Origin: an uncultured bacterium
Lineage (GTDB): Bacteria > Acidobacteriota > HRBIN11 > JAKEFK01
Assembly (NCBI GenBank): GCA_963777505.1
Contig: CAVZQN010000004.1
Coordinates: 992,001-1,056,000, forward strand
DNA length: 64,000 bases
Direction: 5' to 3'
Under the pieces are notes generated by a model. The model did no database searches, was not told where the DNA came from, and was given only the letters and a program-made list of their open reading frames with translations. The position numbers and the translations under genes are program-made. Below, piece by piece: positions 47,084-58,315 of the stretch; positions within the stretch are counted from its first letter, which is position 1, and every line of letters starts with the position of its first letter.

Positions 47084-48235
47084 ATGAAAAAACTAATCTG
47101 GGTGATTTTCACATTTTACAATTTAGCGTTATTTGCCGATGTAGAGGTCAAGGAAGTCAATGATGGCTTCCGGGAAAGCTGCATTAAGCGCGCACAAGTT
47201 TGGAGACCTACTGAAGTTTCAAAGATGGATATTATGGCAGGCCCGCAGAATGAGATTTCTGTACCACCTGGAGCGGAATTTGTGTGTACATATGTTGAGC
47301 CAAAAGAAAAGTTAGCGGGAGTTACTCAGAAATTTTTATGTAAAACGGAGTCAGGTGATATCGTCCGCGTCAAATATGGCAAGGAGAACAAAGAAATGTA
47401 TGCGGAGATCGCAGCCACCAGACTTTTTTGGGCGCTTGGCTTTTATGCTGATGAAGTTTATCCGGTGAAGCTGAAATGCCTGGGTTGTCCGGAAAATAAT
47501 CCTTCCAATCCGGAACCAGGTGAAAAGCGCATGGATGGAACTTTGGAGTATGCATCCATTGAACGTAATTTTTCCGGAGCAAATATTGAAGTGAAAGAGG
47601 ATCAGGGTTGGGACTGGGAGGAATTGGATAAAATTTCCGAAAAGGATGGAGGCGCACCGCGCAGTCATGTTGATGCATTAAAGTTGCTTGCAGTTTTTAT
47701 TCAGCACGCCGATTCAAAATCAGCAAATCAGCGTCTTGGTTGTTATCCGGAAGATGTTTTGGATCAAAACAAAGATGGTGTCGTGCACTGTAAAAGGCCC
47801 GTCATGATGATTCAAGATCTGGGTTCAACATTCGGTTCAGGAACCACTGAGCTCAATGTCAGCAAAATCAGTTTTGATCAATGGAAAGGCCAGGAAGTTT
47901 GGAATGTTCCCAAACAAGCAAATTCCATCAAAGATACAGTTAAGCCGGTGTGTTATGGAAAGATCACTGCATCAAGAGCGGCAGGGGAGTATGGACTCTC
48001 GGATCCTGCGATTTCAGAAGAAGGACGAAAATTTCTTGCCGATCTTTTGAAACAACTAACACGCGAGCAAATCGTAGATATTTTTCGTGTGACCGGCGTT
48101 GAGAGGATGGATGAATTTGTAGAAGAAAACGGCGTTAAGCGGCGTCTTGGTGCGAATGATTGGGCAGAGATTTTTATTGAAAAGCGAAAAGAAATTATCG
48201 AACATGACTGTCCCGTTTTGTCTGCTGAAAAATAG
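47084..48235 (+). CDS. Exported protein with probable atypical kinase-like fold
   Basis: Signal-like N-terminus; GVTQKF, VKYG, EIAATRL, HADSKSAN, IQDLG. Confidence 0.6.
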   Translation: MKKLIWVIFTFYNLALFADVEVKEVNDGFRESCIKRAQVWRPTEVSKMDIMAGPQNEISVPPGAEFVCTYVEPKEKLAGVTQKFLCKTESGDIVRVKYGKENKEMYAEIAATRLFWALGFYADEVYPVKLKCLGCPENNPSNPEPGEKRMDGTLEYASIERNFSGANIEVKEDQGWDWEELDKISEKDGGAPRSHVDALKLLAVFIQHADSKSANQRLGCYPEDVLDQNKDGVVHCKRPVMMIQDLGSTFGSGTTELNVSKISFDQWKGQEVWNVPKQANSIKDTVKPVCYGKITASRAAGEYGLSDPAISEEGRKFLADLLKQLTREQIVDIFRVTGVERMDEFVEENGVKRRLGANDWAEIFIEKRKEIIEHDCPVLSAEK

Positions 48236-48242
48236 AAATCCA

Positions 48243-49904
48243 TTATTCGTCATCCACTGAAGAAGGCTCATTTTCAGGATCGATTGTTGTTAGTTCCGCA
48301 ACAACAAGACGTTCTCCAGTTTTTGCGTCACAGGCATGCGGCGGAGGCGGCATCGCTTTTTCTCCAACACGATTTGCGATCTTTCCGGGGAGCCAGAATA
48401 CTATGACAAGCGCCAAAGCAGATGTGATCATTGCTAAGCGAAAAACATGTGTCAATCCTTCCGAAAGTGCATCCTTCAGTACCTGAAGTTTCGAGGGTTG
48501 AATTTTTGAGCGCTCCAATGGATCGATGAGTGCGTTCGGATTTGCAGAAAGTTTCTCAGCATCATCATGCGTGATTATAGAATTGGGAAGGTTTGCCGCT
48601 TCTTTAAGATTTGTTGCCATTCCCGCTGACAGAAAAGCGCCCATAATTGCAACTCCGACGGCTCCTCCAATCGATCGCGAAAATTGATTCAACGAAGTTG
48701 CAGTTCCCAAAATCTCTCGCGGAACTGCTTGCTGAACAGCAATGAGAAGGGTCAACATTGTCAGTCCCAGGCCTGCACCGATCAATACAAGATCCAGATA
48801 CAACAAAGACTTTGATGTGTGCGCATCAAATGTAGAAAGCAACGCAAAAGCTAATGTCAGCAGGATGCCTCCTGTAATCACAGTCGGACGATATCCAGCT
48901 TTCAACAAAATGCGTCCACCGATGACCGATAGACTCACCCAGCTCAACATCAACGGTGTCAACAATGAACCTGCTTCGGTTGCTGTGGCTCCGCGAGTAC
49001 CTTGCGCGTAAAGTGGGATGAATGAAATGGATCCAAACATTGCGATACCAATCAGAAATCCAGCAGCAACTGCGATACTGACAACACGATTTTTGAACAA
49101 GCTGAATGGCAGGACTGGCTCTTTTGCTGAACGTTCAATTCGTACAAAAACAGCTGCAAGAAATGCAGAGCCCGAAAGTAATAACAGATTTCGCACTGTG
49201 AAAAGCTTTTGCACTGTCCCGCTGTCAACAAGAGCAAGCATTAACAAGGTCACTGATGACATCAGAGCAAGTGCTCCGGCATAATCAATTTCAGGATGTC
49301 GATTCAGTTGTGGTTCTTTCAAGCTGGAACCGATGATCAAAGATGATAGCAATCCGAAAGGAACGTTAATGAAGAATACCCATCGCCATGAAAATTGATC
49401 TGTAACAAACCCGCCAACAATCGGACCTACAATACTTGCAAGTCCCCATACACCGCTGAAAAGAGCTTGCATCCTGGCGCGTTCCTGCAACGTGTAGATA
49501 TCGCCAACGATCGTCATTGCAAGAGGCACCAGGGCTCCTGCGCCTAAACCTTGAATTGCGCGAAAAATAATCAGTTGAAACATCGAAGTGGAAATTCCGG
49601 ACAGAATTGAACCGAGCAAGAAAATTCCAACACCAATTTGATAAAGACGCCTTCTTCCGTATAAGTCCGAAAGTTTTCCCCAAACAGGAACGGTCACGGT
49701 TGAAGTCAGTAGATAGGCCGAAAAGACCCAGCTATAATGCTGAAGCCCTCCTAAAGAAGCGATGACTGTTGGCATTGCTGTGCCCACGACGGTCGCTTCC
49801 AATGCTGCAAGGAACATGCCGGTCATAACTCCGGCAGTTACGACCATTCTTTGTTTGCGAGGTAGGGCGAGAAGCGGCGTTGCAGCACGAGAATCGGTGT
49901 TCAT
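48243..49904 (-). CDS. MFS drug/H+ antiporter, DHA2 (14 TM) type
   Basis: FLAALEATVV, WGKLSDLYGRR, FRAIQGLGAG, WRWVFFINVP. Confidence 0.92.
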   Translation of the reverse strand: MNTDSRAATPLLALPRKQRMVVTAGVMTGMFLAALEATVVGTAMPTVIASLGGLQHYSWVFSAYLLTSTVTVPVWGKLSDLYGRRRLYQIGVGIFLLGSILSGISTSMFQLIIFRAIQGLGAGALVPLAMTIVGDIYTLQERARMQALFSGVWGLASIVGPIVGGFVTDQFSWRWVFFINVPFGLLSSLIIGSSLKEPQLNRHPEIDYAGALALMSSVTLLMLALVDSGTVQKLFTVRNLLLLSGSAFLAAVFVRIERSAKEPVLPFSLFKNRVVSIAVAAGFLIGIAMFGSISFIPLYAQGTRGATATEAGSLLTPLMLSWVSLSVIGGRILLKAGYRPTVITGGILLTLAFALLSTFDAHTSKSLLYLDLVLIGAGLGLTMLTLLIAVQQAVPREILGTATSLNQFSRSIGGAVGVAIMGAFLSAGMATNLKEAANLPNSIITHDDAEKLSANPNALIDPLERSKIQPSKLQVLKDALSEGLTHVFRLAMITSALALVIVFWLPGKIANRVGEKAMPPPPHACDAKTGERLVVAELTTIDPENEPSSVDDE

Positions 49905-50142
49905 TCTTTGAAGATTATTTTCGATTAAACGCTAAATCTAGATTGCCTATTAATGATACAGAGTATATTAATAGTGGGATGCAAGATAGATGTTTTGCCT
50001 CCATAGGGGGATGGAGTTTATGTCACAAACCTACAGAGTCTATAAGGGACCACCTAAAACGAATACAATAACAAACTTTTCTCTACCTATTTTTCCTGAG
50101 AGCAGCCTTTCCCCGCTAATCGATACATCTCTGGACAAAGAG

Positions 50143-51823
50143 ATGCTTGAAGAAAAGATGTCAAAGTTGATTCATGGAGACCATACCTGTTCTTTTTACG
50201 ACTCCATGAATGAGCAAGATGCAGTGCTTCTATCGTTCGTGAAGGCTGGCTTAAAACGCGGTGAACGTTGCATTTGTGTTGTAGACGATCGATCTGTTGA
50301 AGGTTTTGTCGAAAGAGCTTCAAAGTGTGAATATCGATGTCAAGAAAGAACAAGAAAGCGGTGCTTTGACATTTGTAAGCAAAGAACAATGGCGCAATCC
50401 CGGCGTCTTTGATATTCCTATCATGGCAGAGGGAATAAAGAAGCTAATCAATGAATCATTGACACCATCCTGGAAGGGTTTATGGATCGCGGTGGAAATG
50501 ACCTGGACACTGAGTCCGGACATTGATGCAGATCTTCTTGGAGCCTGGGAATCTTTTTGGAATAAACTGATTGAAGGAATGCCTGCAGTGTTGCTCTGTC
50601 AGTACAACAGGCACAGAATTCCACCCGCTGCTGTCTACCATGCTTTAAAAACGCATCCGCTTGTCGCAACAAGTGAAGATATTTATCAGAATTTTTATTA
50701 CGAACCTCCTGACCTTTTTTCTAATGCTCTTGCGCACACTGATCGTGCGAATTGGATCTTAGAACAATTTCATAGGAACCGTGCACTTGAACAAGAGCGA
50801 AGCCAACGGCTTCAAGCGCAAACTGTTCGCATTCAGGCGGAAGAAGGTCATCGAAGGCTTACGACGATTCTTGAAAGTATTACAGATGGCTTTGTTGCTC
50901 TGGATTCCCAATGGTGCTTTTCTTACATCAATGGTCATGCGGCTTCAGTTGCCGAAAGGCTTCACAAGAAGGCGTCTGGTTTAATTGGAAAAAATTTTTG
51001 GGAGGAATTTCCCGAAATAAAAGGAACTACCCTTGAAGAAAAGTTCCGTGTGGCAATGACGCAGCAAATTCCCATCCATTTTGAAGTATTTTATGCTCAA
51101 CTGAAATCATGGTTTGAAGTCAGGGCATATCCTTCTTCTGAAGGCGTCTCTTTTTACTTTCAGGATATTACTGTACGAAAACAAACTGAAGAAGAGCTTC
51201 GCCACTCGCTTCTAGAAAAGGACATTCTACTCAAAGAAATTCATCACAGGGTGAAAAATAACTTGCAGGTTATTGCAAGCCTGCTGGGATTGCAGTCTGC
51301 CAATATAGATGATCCCTACACTAAATCTTTGTTTAAGGAGAGTCAGGACCGGATCCGTTCCATGGCGCTTGTTCATGCGAAGCTAAACGGTTCCGAAAAT
51401 CTAACTGAAATCGATTTAGGTGTTTACATTGAAGATCTTGCAAATGATTTGTTGAATTCGTATGGATTGGATCGCAACAAAATTTCATTAAAGATCACAG
51501 TTCGTGGCGTATTGCTGCCGCTTGAAAGGGCGATATCATGCGCTATGATTTTGCATGAATTGATTTCAAATTCCTTGAAATATGCTTTCCCTGGCGATAA
51601 AAAAGGCAAAATCCATGTGGCTCTATATGAAGAGCGTACTGGAATCGCAGTGTTAACCGTCAGTGATGATGGAGTCGGGTTGCCGGAAGGATTTGAAGTA
51701 ACCCAGGCAAAATCATTAGGATTGCGGCTTGTAAACCTGCTCGCCAAACAATTACATGGAGCCATGACAATCACTCGCAAAGATGGTCTTACATTCCATC
51801 TCACCTTCCCCTGCAACTCCTAA
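50143..51823 (+). CDS. MEDS-PAS-HisKA_2 histidine kinase; +1 shift near 50300
   Basis: GDHTCSFY..LLCQY (MEDS), ESITDGFVALD (PAS), EIHHRVKNNLQ, ELISNSLKYAF, DDGVG, SLGL. Confidence 0.85.
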
Positions 51824-51881
51824 GATTCTCTGCGCCTCAGCGGTAAATCCTACTAACTTAAGGTAGGATTAAGCGAGGAGA

Positions 51882-52295
51882 GTGATGATGATGAAGAGAA
51901 TGCTGATTTCGATTCTTGTGATTTTCATAATGGCAGTTGGCCTGGGTTTTTTAGTTCATGCCACACTTCTAGGACCAGACTATGCGAGGCTTTCAACTCT
52001 TTATCGAATCCCTTCAGATCAAGAAAGCCATTTTCCTTTCATGTTACTTGCGCAACTTCTATTCGCGATTGGTTTTGTCTGGGTTTATAACAAGGGAAAA
52101 GAAGCAAAACCCTGGGTTGTACAAGGTATCCGTTACGGAATTACGATCGCGGTGTTAACGATCATCCCTCATTATTTGATTTACTATGCAGTGCAACCTA
52201 TGCCCGGGATGCTGGTGGCAAAGCAAATCATTTTCGGTACGATCGGCACGGTCTTAATGGGACTTGTTGTTGCAGCCTTGGATCAACAAGCTTGA
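51882..52295 (+). CDS. Small four-TM membrane protein
   Basis: GAGGAG RBS; four hydrophobic segments. Confidence 0.75.
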   Translation: MMMMKRMLISILVIFIMAVGLGFLVHATLLGPDYARLSTLYRIPSDQESHFPFMLLAQLLFAIGFVWVYNKGKEAKPWVVQGIRYGITIAVLTIIPHYLIYYAVQPMPGMLVAKQIIFGTIGTVLMGLVVAALDQQA

Positions 52296-52332
52296 TTCTT
52301 TTTTTTAGCCGAATCCCGCTAGAATATCAGGC

Positions 52333-53964
52333 ATGTTGAAACGGGCGTGCCTTTTTTCCTTATTGTTGTATCTTGCGATTGCAGGAACGTATTGGTACTT
52401 TCTTCGACTTTCAATCCCACCTGTTCCGGCAGTATTAGTCTCCTTGTTTTTGGCGCTCTTTGCTGCTGCAGGAATCGGCGTCATTCGGACAAGCCTTCAA
52501 ATCAATAAAACAGCGCGCTTGTTTTCTGATGCTGAAGCTGGTGCGCCGCTTCAAGATGGAAAGAAGATGGTCATAGCAGGCCGTATTAATCCCCAAGGCT
52601 TTCCAGGACGGACTCCGTTTCAGGAAAAAGATTGTGTGTTATACGAATATGAAATTAAGTATTCCAAACAAGATGCTGAAGATACTGCCAGCGACTTTGT
52701 TGGAATTAAGATGGTTCCGTGTTCAATTCATTCGAGCCGGGGAAATGTTCGTTTGATCGGCTTTCCACATCTGGATCATATCGAATATGAATCTGCACAC
52801 GAGCCGGAGGCACAGGAAACCGCCAGACGGTTTGTGCAAAGCACAAAATTTGAAAAGGCTTCGCTTCTTTCAGTAGGCAAAATGCTATCCGGTCTTATCG
52901 ATGCGTGGCGGGATGACGATGGAGTGGTTCAAAAGGATTGGCGCATTACAAAGGATGAGAATTTCAAAGAAGGAAGCACGTTGAAAGAAAGGTACCTTTC
53001 ACCAGGTGATTCCGTTGCAGCCATTGGAGTTTATTCGGCTGCGCAGAATGGATTGATTGCACCCAAAGACGACAGCATTGATATTGTTCGCGGTGATTTA
53101 CGATCCGCACGCGAAACGTTTATTGAAAAGAAAAAGGGAAATATAACCACCGGAATCGTTTTCTTTCTCGCTGCGCAATTCTTTTTTGGAGTGCTTTACT
53201 TCATATCGGAAAAACGTGAAGCGTTCCAGTCACCGCAAGAGCAATCGGCGACTCTGCATCAAGCTGCCTCATCTAGAGATTACAAACTTCTTGCGAAATT
53301 GAAAAGAAATGGTGTGAGCTTAGACATGCCTGATGCATCAGGAAAAACTCCACTGATGAATACGATTGAACCGGAGGTGGCAAAATTTCTTCTTGAAAAC
53401 GGGGCGAATGTGAATGCAGTTGATCCTCAAACAGGTGAAACTGCCATCTTTAATGCTGCCAGAAACGGATGGGAAGAATTGCTGCGGCTATACATAAAAC
53501 ATGGAGCCGATGTTCAAGCAGTCAGTAAAATTCCATGGGAGCATTCACCAATTCACACTGCAATTGAATCAGGACTGCCGCAACTTGTTTCCATTTTGAG
53601 GGAGCATGGAGCACGCGATGATAGAGTGGATTCAATCAATGGCAAGGCTCTCACTGAAGGCGCACAGCAATTCGAGATCATTCGGAACTATCACATTGCG
53701 ATTCAAGAGCAAGATTTAGAAGAATTGAAACGTTTGACCACTACTCGACAATCAGGCTTTTTTGAGAATGTCGACTTTAATGTGTGGAAGTATTATTACC
53801 CCATCGAAATGGAATTTGTGGATGGATTCGCCAATGATTCAGCTGCAACAGTGACAATCCAAATAATTACACCTGATAATACCTCTCAGCGATGGGTATA
53901 TCAGTTAGTGCGAAATAGTGATGAATGGAAGATTGCGCGCGTCTGGGAAACCCGTGATTACTAA
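52333..53964 (+). CDS. Membrane protein with GIDE-like domain and ankyrin repeats
   Basis: Two N-terminal TMs; TPFQEKDCVLYEYEI..ERYLSPGD; TM; GKTPLM, GETAIFNAA, SPIHTA ankyrin units. Confidence 0.7.
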   Translation: MLKRACLFSLLLYLAIAGTYWYFLRLSIPPVPAVLVSLFLALFAAAGIGVIRTSLQINKTARLFSDAEAGAPLQDGKKMVIAGRINPQGFPGRTPFQEKDCVLYEYEIKYSKQDAEDTASDFVGIKMVPCSIHSSRGNVRLIGFPHLDHIEYESAHEPEAQETARRFVQSTKFEKASLLSVGKMLSGLIDAWRDDDGVVQKDWRITKDENFKEGSTLKERYLSPGDSVAAIGVYSAAQNGLIAPKDDSIDIVRGDLRSARETFIEKKKGNITTGIVFFLAAQFFFGVLYFISEKREAFQSPQEQSATLHQAASSRDYKLLAKLKRNGVSLDMPDASGKTPLMNTIEPEVAKFLLENGANVNAVDPQTGETAIFNAARNGWEELLRLYIKHGADVQAVSKIPWEHSPIHTAIESGLPQLVSILREHGARDDRVDSINGKALTEGAQQFEIIRNYHIAIQEQDLEELKRLTTTRQSGFFENVDFNVWKYYYPIEMEFVDGFANDSAATVTIQIITPDNTSQRWVYQLVRNSDEWKIARVWETRDY

Positions 53965-53970
53965 ATGAAG

Positions 53971-54029
53971 AGAGGATAGAGGATAGAAGAAGAGGATAGA
54001 GGATAGAGGATAGAAGATAGAGGATAGAA
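53971..54029. repeat. (AGAGGAT)n heptamer tandem array, about 8 copies
   Basis: Fills almost the whole gap between two convergent stop codons. Confidence 0.85.
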
Positions 54030-57000
54030 TCAGATTCTATTTGTTTCGGTCAGGATAGGTGTTTCGGGGAGTGCAATTCCATCGCGAAACGTAACAATGC
54101 TGCGAGAGTTTGCAGCGATCCGCTCACCTGGCACGATAATCCCGACAAGGTTTAATGGATCTGCGGCGGATACTGAAACGATTTCACCTGAAGGTTCAAC
54201 CTTACGGTTCGCACGAAGTGAATCGACTGCAAGTGGAAGTGCAAATTGTTCACCGACAAATCCGCTCACAAATCTGCCGCCACGAACTTCGCCTCGATCT
54301 TCCATTCTTCGAAATTCAATAAGCAATTCCCGCCATCGTGGTAACAGAGTTTCTCTTTGAACCAGATCTCGAAAAACAACGCCATATCGTGTCAGCAGCA
54401 TTTTGCATACAGCTTCTGTAGTTTTTTCAGTTGAGAGTTCATCATTTCCATAGAGTAAAGACCATCGGCCAGCGCCTGAACGGCCTGTCCCGCGAGTTTT
54501 TCTGCGATGATCAAGGAGCGAACGAAGACTATCAAAACCATCTGCCGTCACAAGACCTGCAGTGACGAGTTCCCATAATGCTGCTTCAACTTCGGATTTA
54601 CGTAAATTGCTAAGTCGAACAAGTTCAGAAAGGAACGAAGCACCGCGCTGCTTTAGAGACTGATATATTTGTGCCGCTTCTTTGCTCAATTCAGAAAAAC
54701 GGTCTTGAGTGACTTCTGCGGGACGCAGCCAGTTGCAATCTTCTCTGAGAAAAAATGTAATCGGCGCGGCACTTCCTGGAATTCTACGCGAAGGAGAAAG
54801 TGCTGAAGGCGAAGAGAATCTGCCCCAGCCAAGTATGCCGCTCCAGCAAAGTTTGTCCAGCATCGCGGGATCGTAACCAACGATTCTGCGAGCCAGCACA
54901 TCGGGTTCCCATGCGCGTGCAGGAATTTCCAAACCTTGGAGCTGTCGAAGAATTTCTGATAATCCTCTTTCGCCATGCAATTGCGTTCCGGGTGTGACAT
55001 GCTGCCATCGAAACAACCATCGCATGAATTGTGCTGCAGTTACCGGCTCAATCTGTTTTCGCAAGTGTTCCGAGAGTCAGTCTATGGATCCGTGCAAGTA
55101 CGCGGCGATCGCACCATTCAATTTCATCGGCAACTCTGCGATTGAATTTTCCACGCAATACTGCGCCGGAAGATTCAATTCTCAACAATGCAGCATCAAT
55201 CGCATCTTTAGATAAATGCAAAACATTGGCGAGAGCTTGTTGCAGTGACGGGGCCGCAATAGGGCATCCAACCACGAACGATCATCCAGATTGCATCTTC
55301 TTGAGTTGTTTCCGATTGTTCAACTTGTGCTGGCGTGAGAAGAATCTCAGCATCAGGATAGGCGATTTGAAATGTGTTGAATTTTTCAGCAGTAAACCAA
55401 AATTCCTGATCTTGAAATTTCGCGATACCTACCCTGTGTTGAAGAATGAGCTGTTGTAAATATTCCTGCCATAAATCTTTTGGGAACCTTTCGAATGCTT
55501 CCATGTTTGCAGGGATGACAATCATGGATAGCATCGCATCATGCAATTCATCGGCTGTTCGAAGATCGGGCCAGCATTGATCTGATACTTGTTTGATTGC
55601 AGCCGGATCCAGCATGGCTGCTTCGGAAAGTGATTCCGGTAAAATTCGCCGCATTGAAACCGCACGTGCACGGCGTTCTTCTAAAGGCGCATCATCAAGA
55701 TATGCATATGGATTCGCATTCAGAATTTCATGTGAGAAGGCGGATGGAACTGCCGTATCCACAGCGACACATTGAATTTCTCCTGACGTAATTTGATGCA
55801 AAACATTTTGAAGTCCTGCAAGATCCATCGCTTCTTGAAGCACATCCTTCATCGTTTCATTAACGAGAGGATGATCCGGTGGATGAATCTCACCTACAAC
55901 ATTGTCCTGGCATGCTGCAGCTTCAGGAAACACGGAAGCGAGAAGATCTTCGGCTCGCATTCTTAAGATATTCAAAGGCACTTTTTTGCCGCGATAAAAT
56001 CTCATGAGAGCCAGTGAACGCATTGCATCCCATCGCCAACGTGTTCCAAACAGCGGTGATGCGAATGCTGCTTGGGTTAAAACACCTTCTACGCTGTTGG
56101 GGTGCAGGAATTTAAAAACATCTGCAAGTGGAAAGCTATGTTGCTCAGTTAGGGAGATGTTGATTCCATCATCGGTTGCAGAAGCTTGAAGTTCGAGATT
56201 GAAGGATCTGCAGAAGCGTTTACGTAAAGCGAGTCCCCATGCCTTGTTGATTCGGGCGCCAAAGGGTGCGTGAATAACAAGTTGCATTCCTCCGGCTTCA
56301 TCAAAAAAGCGTTCAGCAATGATTGTCTTTTGCGATGGGACTGTACCGAGTATCGCGCGTCCTTCAATAATGTAGCTGACAATCTGTTCAGCTCCTGAAC
56401 TATCCAATCCACATTCCTCATTCAACCAGCCAATGGCCGCACTTACTTCGGGTTGAGATTTGTCTGGATCAAGTGGAGTTGATGCGGGAAGCATCGTATC
56501 CATCTGAATGCGCAAGTTCGCTACATGTTCTGACAATTCAGGGGTTCGCGAAGGAGCTTCACCGCGCCAGAATGGAACAGTGGGTGGTGCACCATGTGCA
56601 TCGACAACCTGGACACGTGCAATCGAAGATTGAACACGTTGAATAATCCATGAAGTGTTGCCAAGAAGAATGATGTCGCCCTGATTACTTTCGACTGCGA
56701 AGTCTTCATCCAGAGTCCCAACGACATTTTCGTCAGGTTGCGCAACCACAGTATAGAGGCCCGTTTCTGGAATAGCGCCGCCGCTCATGATTGCAATCAT
56801 CCGTGTTCCGCGGCGAGGACGGATCATTCCTTGAACGCGATCGCGATGTAAATGAGCGCCATATCGTCCGCGTGTTGAGGAAATTCCCTCCGATAACATT
56901 TCTAAAATTGAATTAAATTGATCACGCGTAAGATTCCTATATGGATAAGCGCTCTTAACCAATTCAAACAAACGATTTTCTTCCCATTCTTCCGCCGAAC

Positions 57001-58249
57001 AAATTGCGGCAATTTGCTGTGAAAGAATATCGAGCGGCGCTTCAGGAATTACTAAACGATCCAGATCACCCATGCGTACAGCGCGGACCAGTGCCGCACA
57101 TTCTACGAGTTCATCGCGAGTTGTTGGAAAGAATCGTCCTTTTGGTATTGCGCCGCGCCAGTGGCCTGAACGCCCGACCCGCTGCAACCCAACTGCAATG
57201 GAACGAGGTGAACCGATCTGGCAAACGAGATCGATTGCACCAATGTCGATTCCAAGTTCGAGTGAAGCCGTTGCAACCAGCGCTTTCAGTTCACCATTCT
57301 TTAACTTTTTTTCGGCAGCAAGTCTGAGTTTTCTTGAAAGGCTTCCATGATGCGATGTGACGGCATCTTCGCCGAGCTTCTTGATCAGTCTGTGAGCTGT
57401 GCGTTCAGCCAGTTTTCGCGTGTTCACGAAAATCAATGTTGAGCGATGCTGATTTACGAGTTGCGCAATCCGTTCATGGATTTCATCCCACAATTCGTGT
57501 GATGCAACGGGAGCTAGTTCGCTTGCAGGAACTTCAACTGCAAGATCCATTGGACGTTTGTGTCCCACATCAACAATGACAGGATCCGGACGTTCTGCAC
57601 CGGAAAGGAATCGTGCCACTTCATCGATCGGCTTCTGCGTTGCAGAGAGGCCGATCCGTACAGGCTTTTTCAATGCGAGCTGTTCGAGCCTTTCCAGTGA
57701 AAGCGAAAGATGCGCGCCTCGTTTGTCATCAGCTACGGCATGAATTTCATCTACGATGACTGTTTCAACAGTCTTTAAAATGGCTCTGCTTTTTTCTGCG
57801 GTTAGCAAGATGTATAAAGATTCGGGCGTGGTCACCAGTATGTGAGGCGGACGCCGGAGCATGGCTTGTCTTTCACGTTGGAGTGTATCTCCGGTGCGAA
57901 GCGCTGTCCGGATATCGCTCATCATGTAGCCATGTTTCCAGGCAAGCATGTAAATTTCACTGAGCGGTGTTTGCAGATTTTTCTGAATATCATTACTCAG
58001 TGCGCGCAGTGGCGAAACATACAACACCTGAGTTTGATCTTTTAACTCACCTGTGAGGGCTTTACGAACCAAGCGATCAATACATGTTAAGAAAGCTGCC
58101 AGTGTTTTGCCAGAACCTGTTGGCGCGGAGATTAAGGTAGTTCGTCCCGCCACAATATGCGGCCAGCCAAATTCTTGTGGCTCTGTAGGTGATCCGAACT
58201 GGTTCTCAAACCATTCGCGGACAATTGGATGCGCCCAATCTAAATACAT
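54030..58249 (-). CDS. lhr: Lhr-family DEAD/DEAH-box helicase; two +1 shifts (~55240, ~55065)
   Basis: APTGSGKT, TTPESL, DEIH, LSAT, HHGSL, LELGID, QRVGRSGH; C-terminal RYGVVFRD..GRFVSGFVGEQFA..AADPLNL; the three ORFs join cleanly. Confidence 0.9.
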
Positions 58250-58315
58250 AATGATCTATTTTAGTATAGAAATTTGCGCTTATCTTTGCGAGCTTGGCGT
58301 ACTCTGCGGTTAATC

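Noticed and set aside
53971-54029. Possible CRISPR array in this or other repeat tracts
   Set aside because: Units are 7 bp with no unique spacers, and no cas genes are present.
55048-55275. Programmed frameshifting or a genuinely split lhr
   Set aside because: No slippery sequence or stimulatory structure seen, and the same +1 pattern occurs in unrelated genes.
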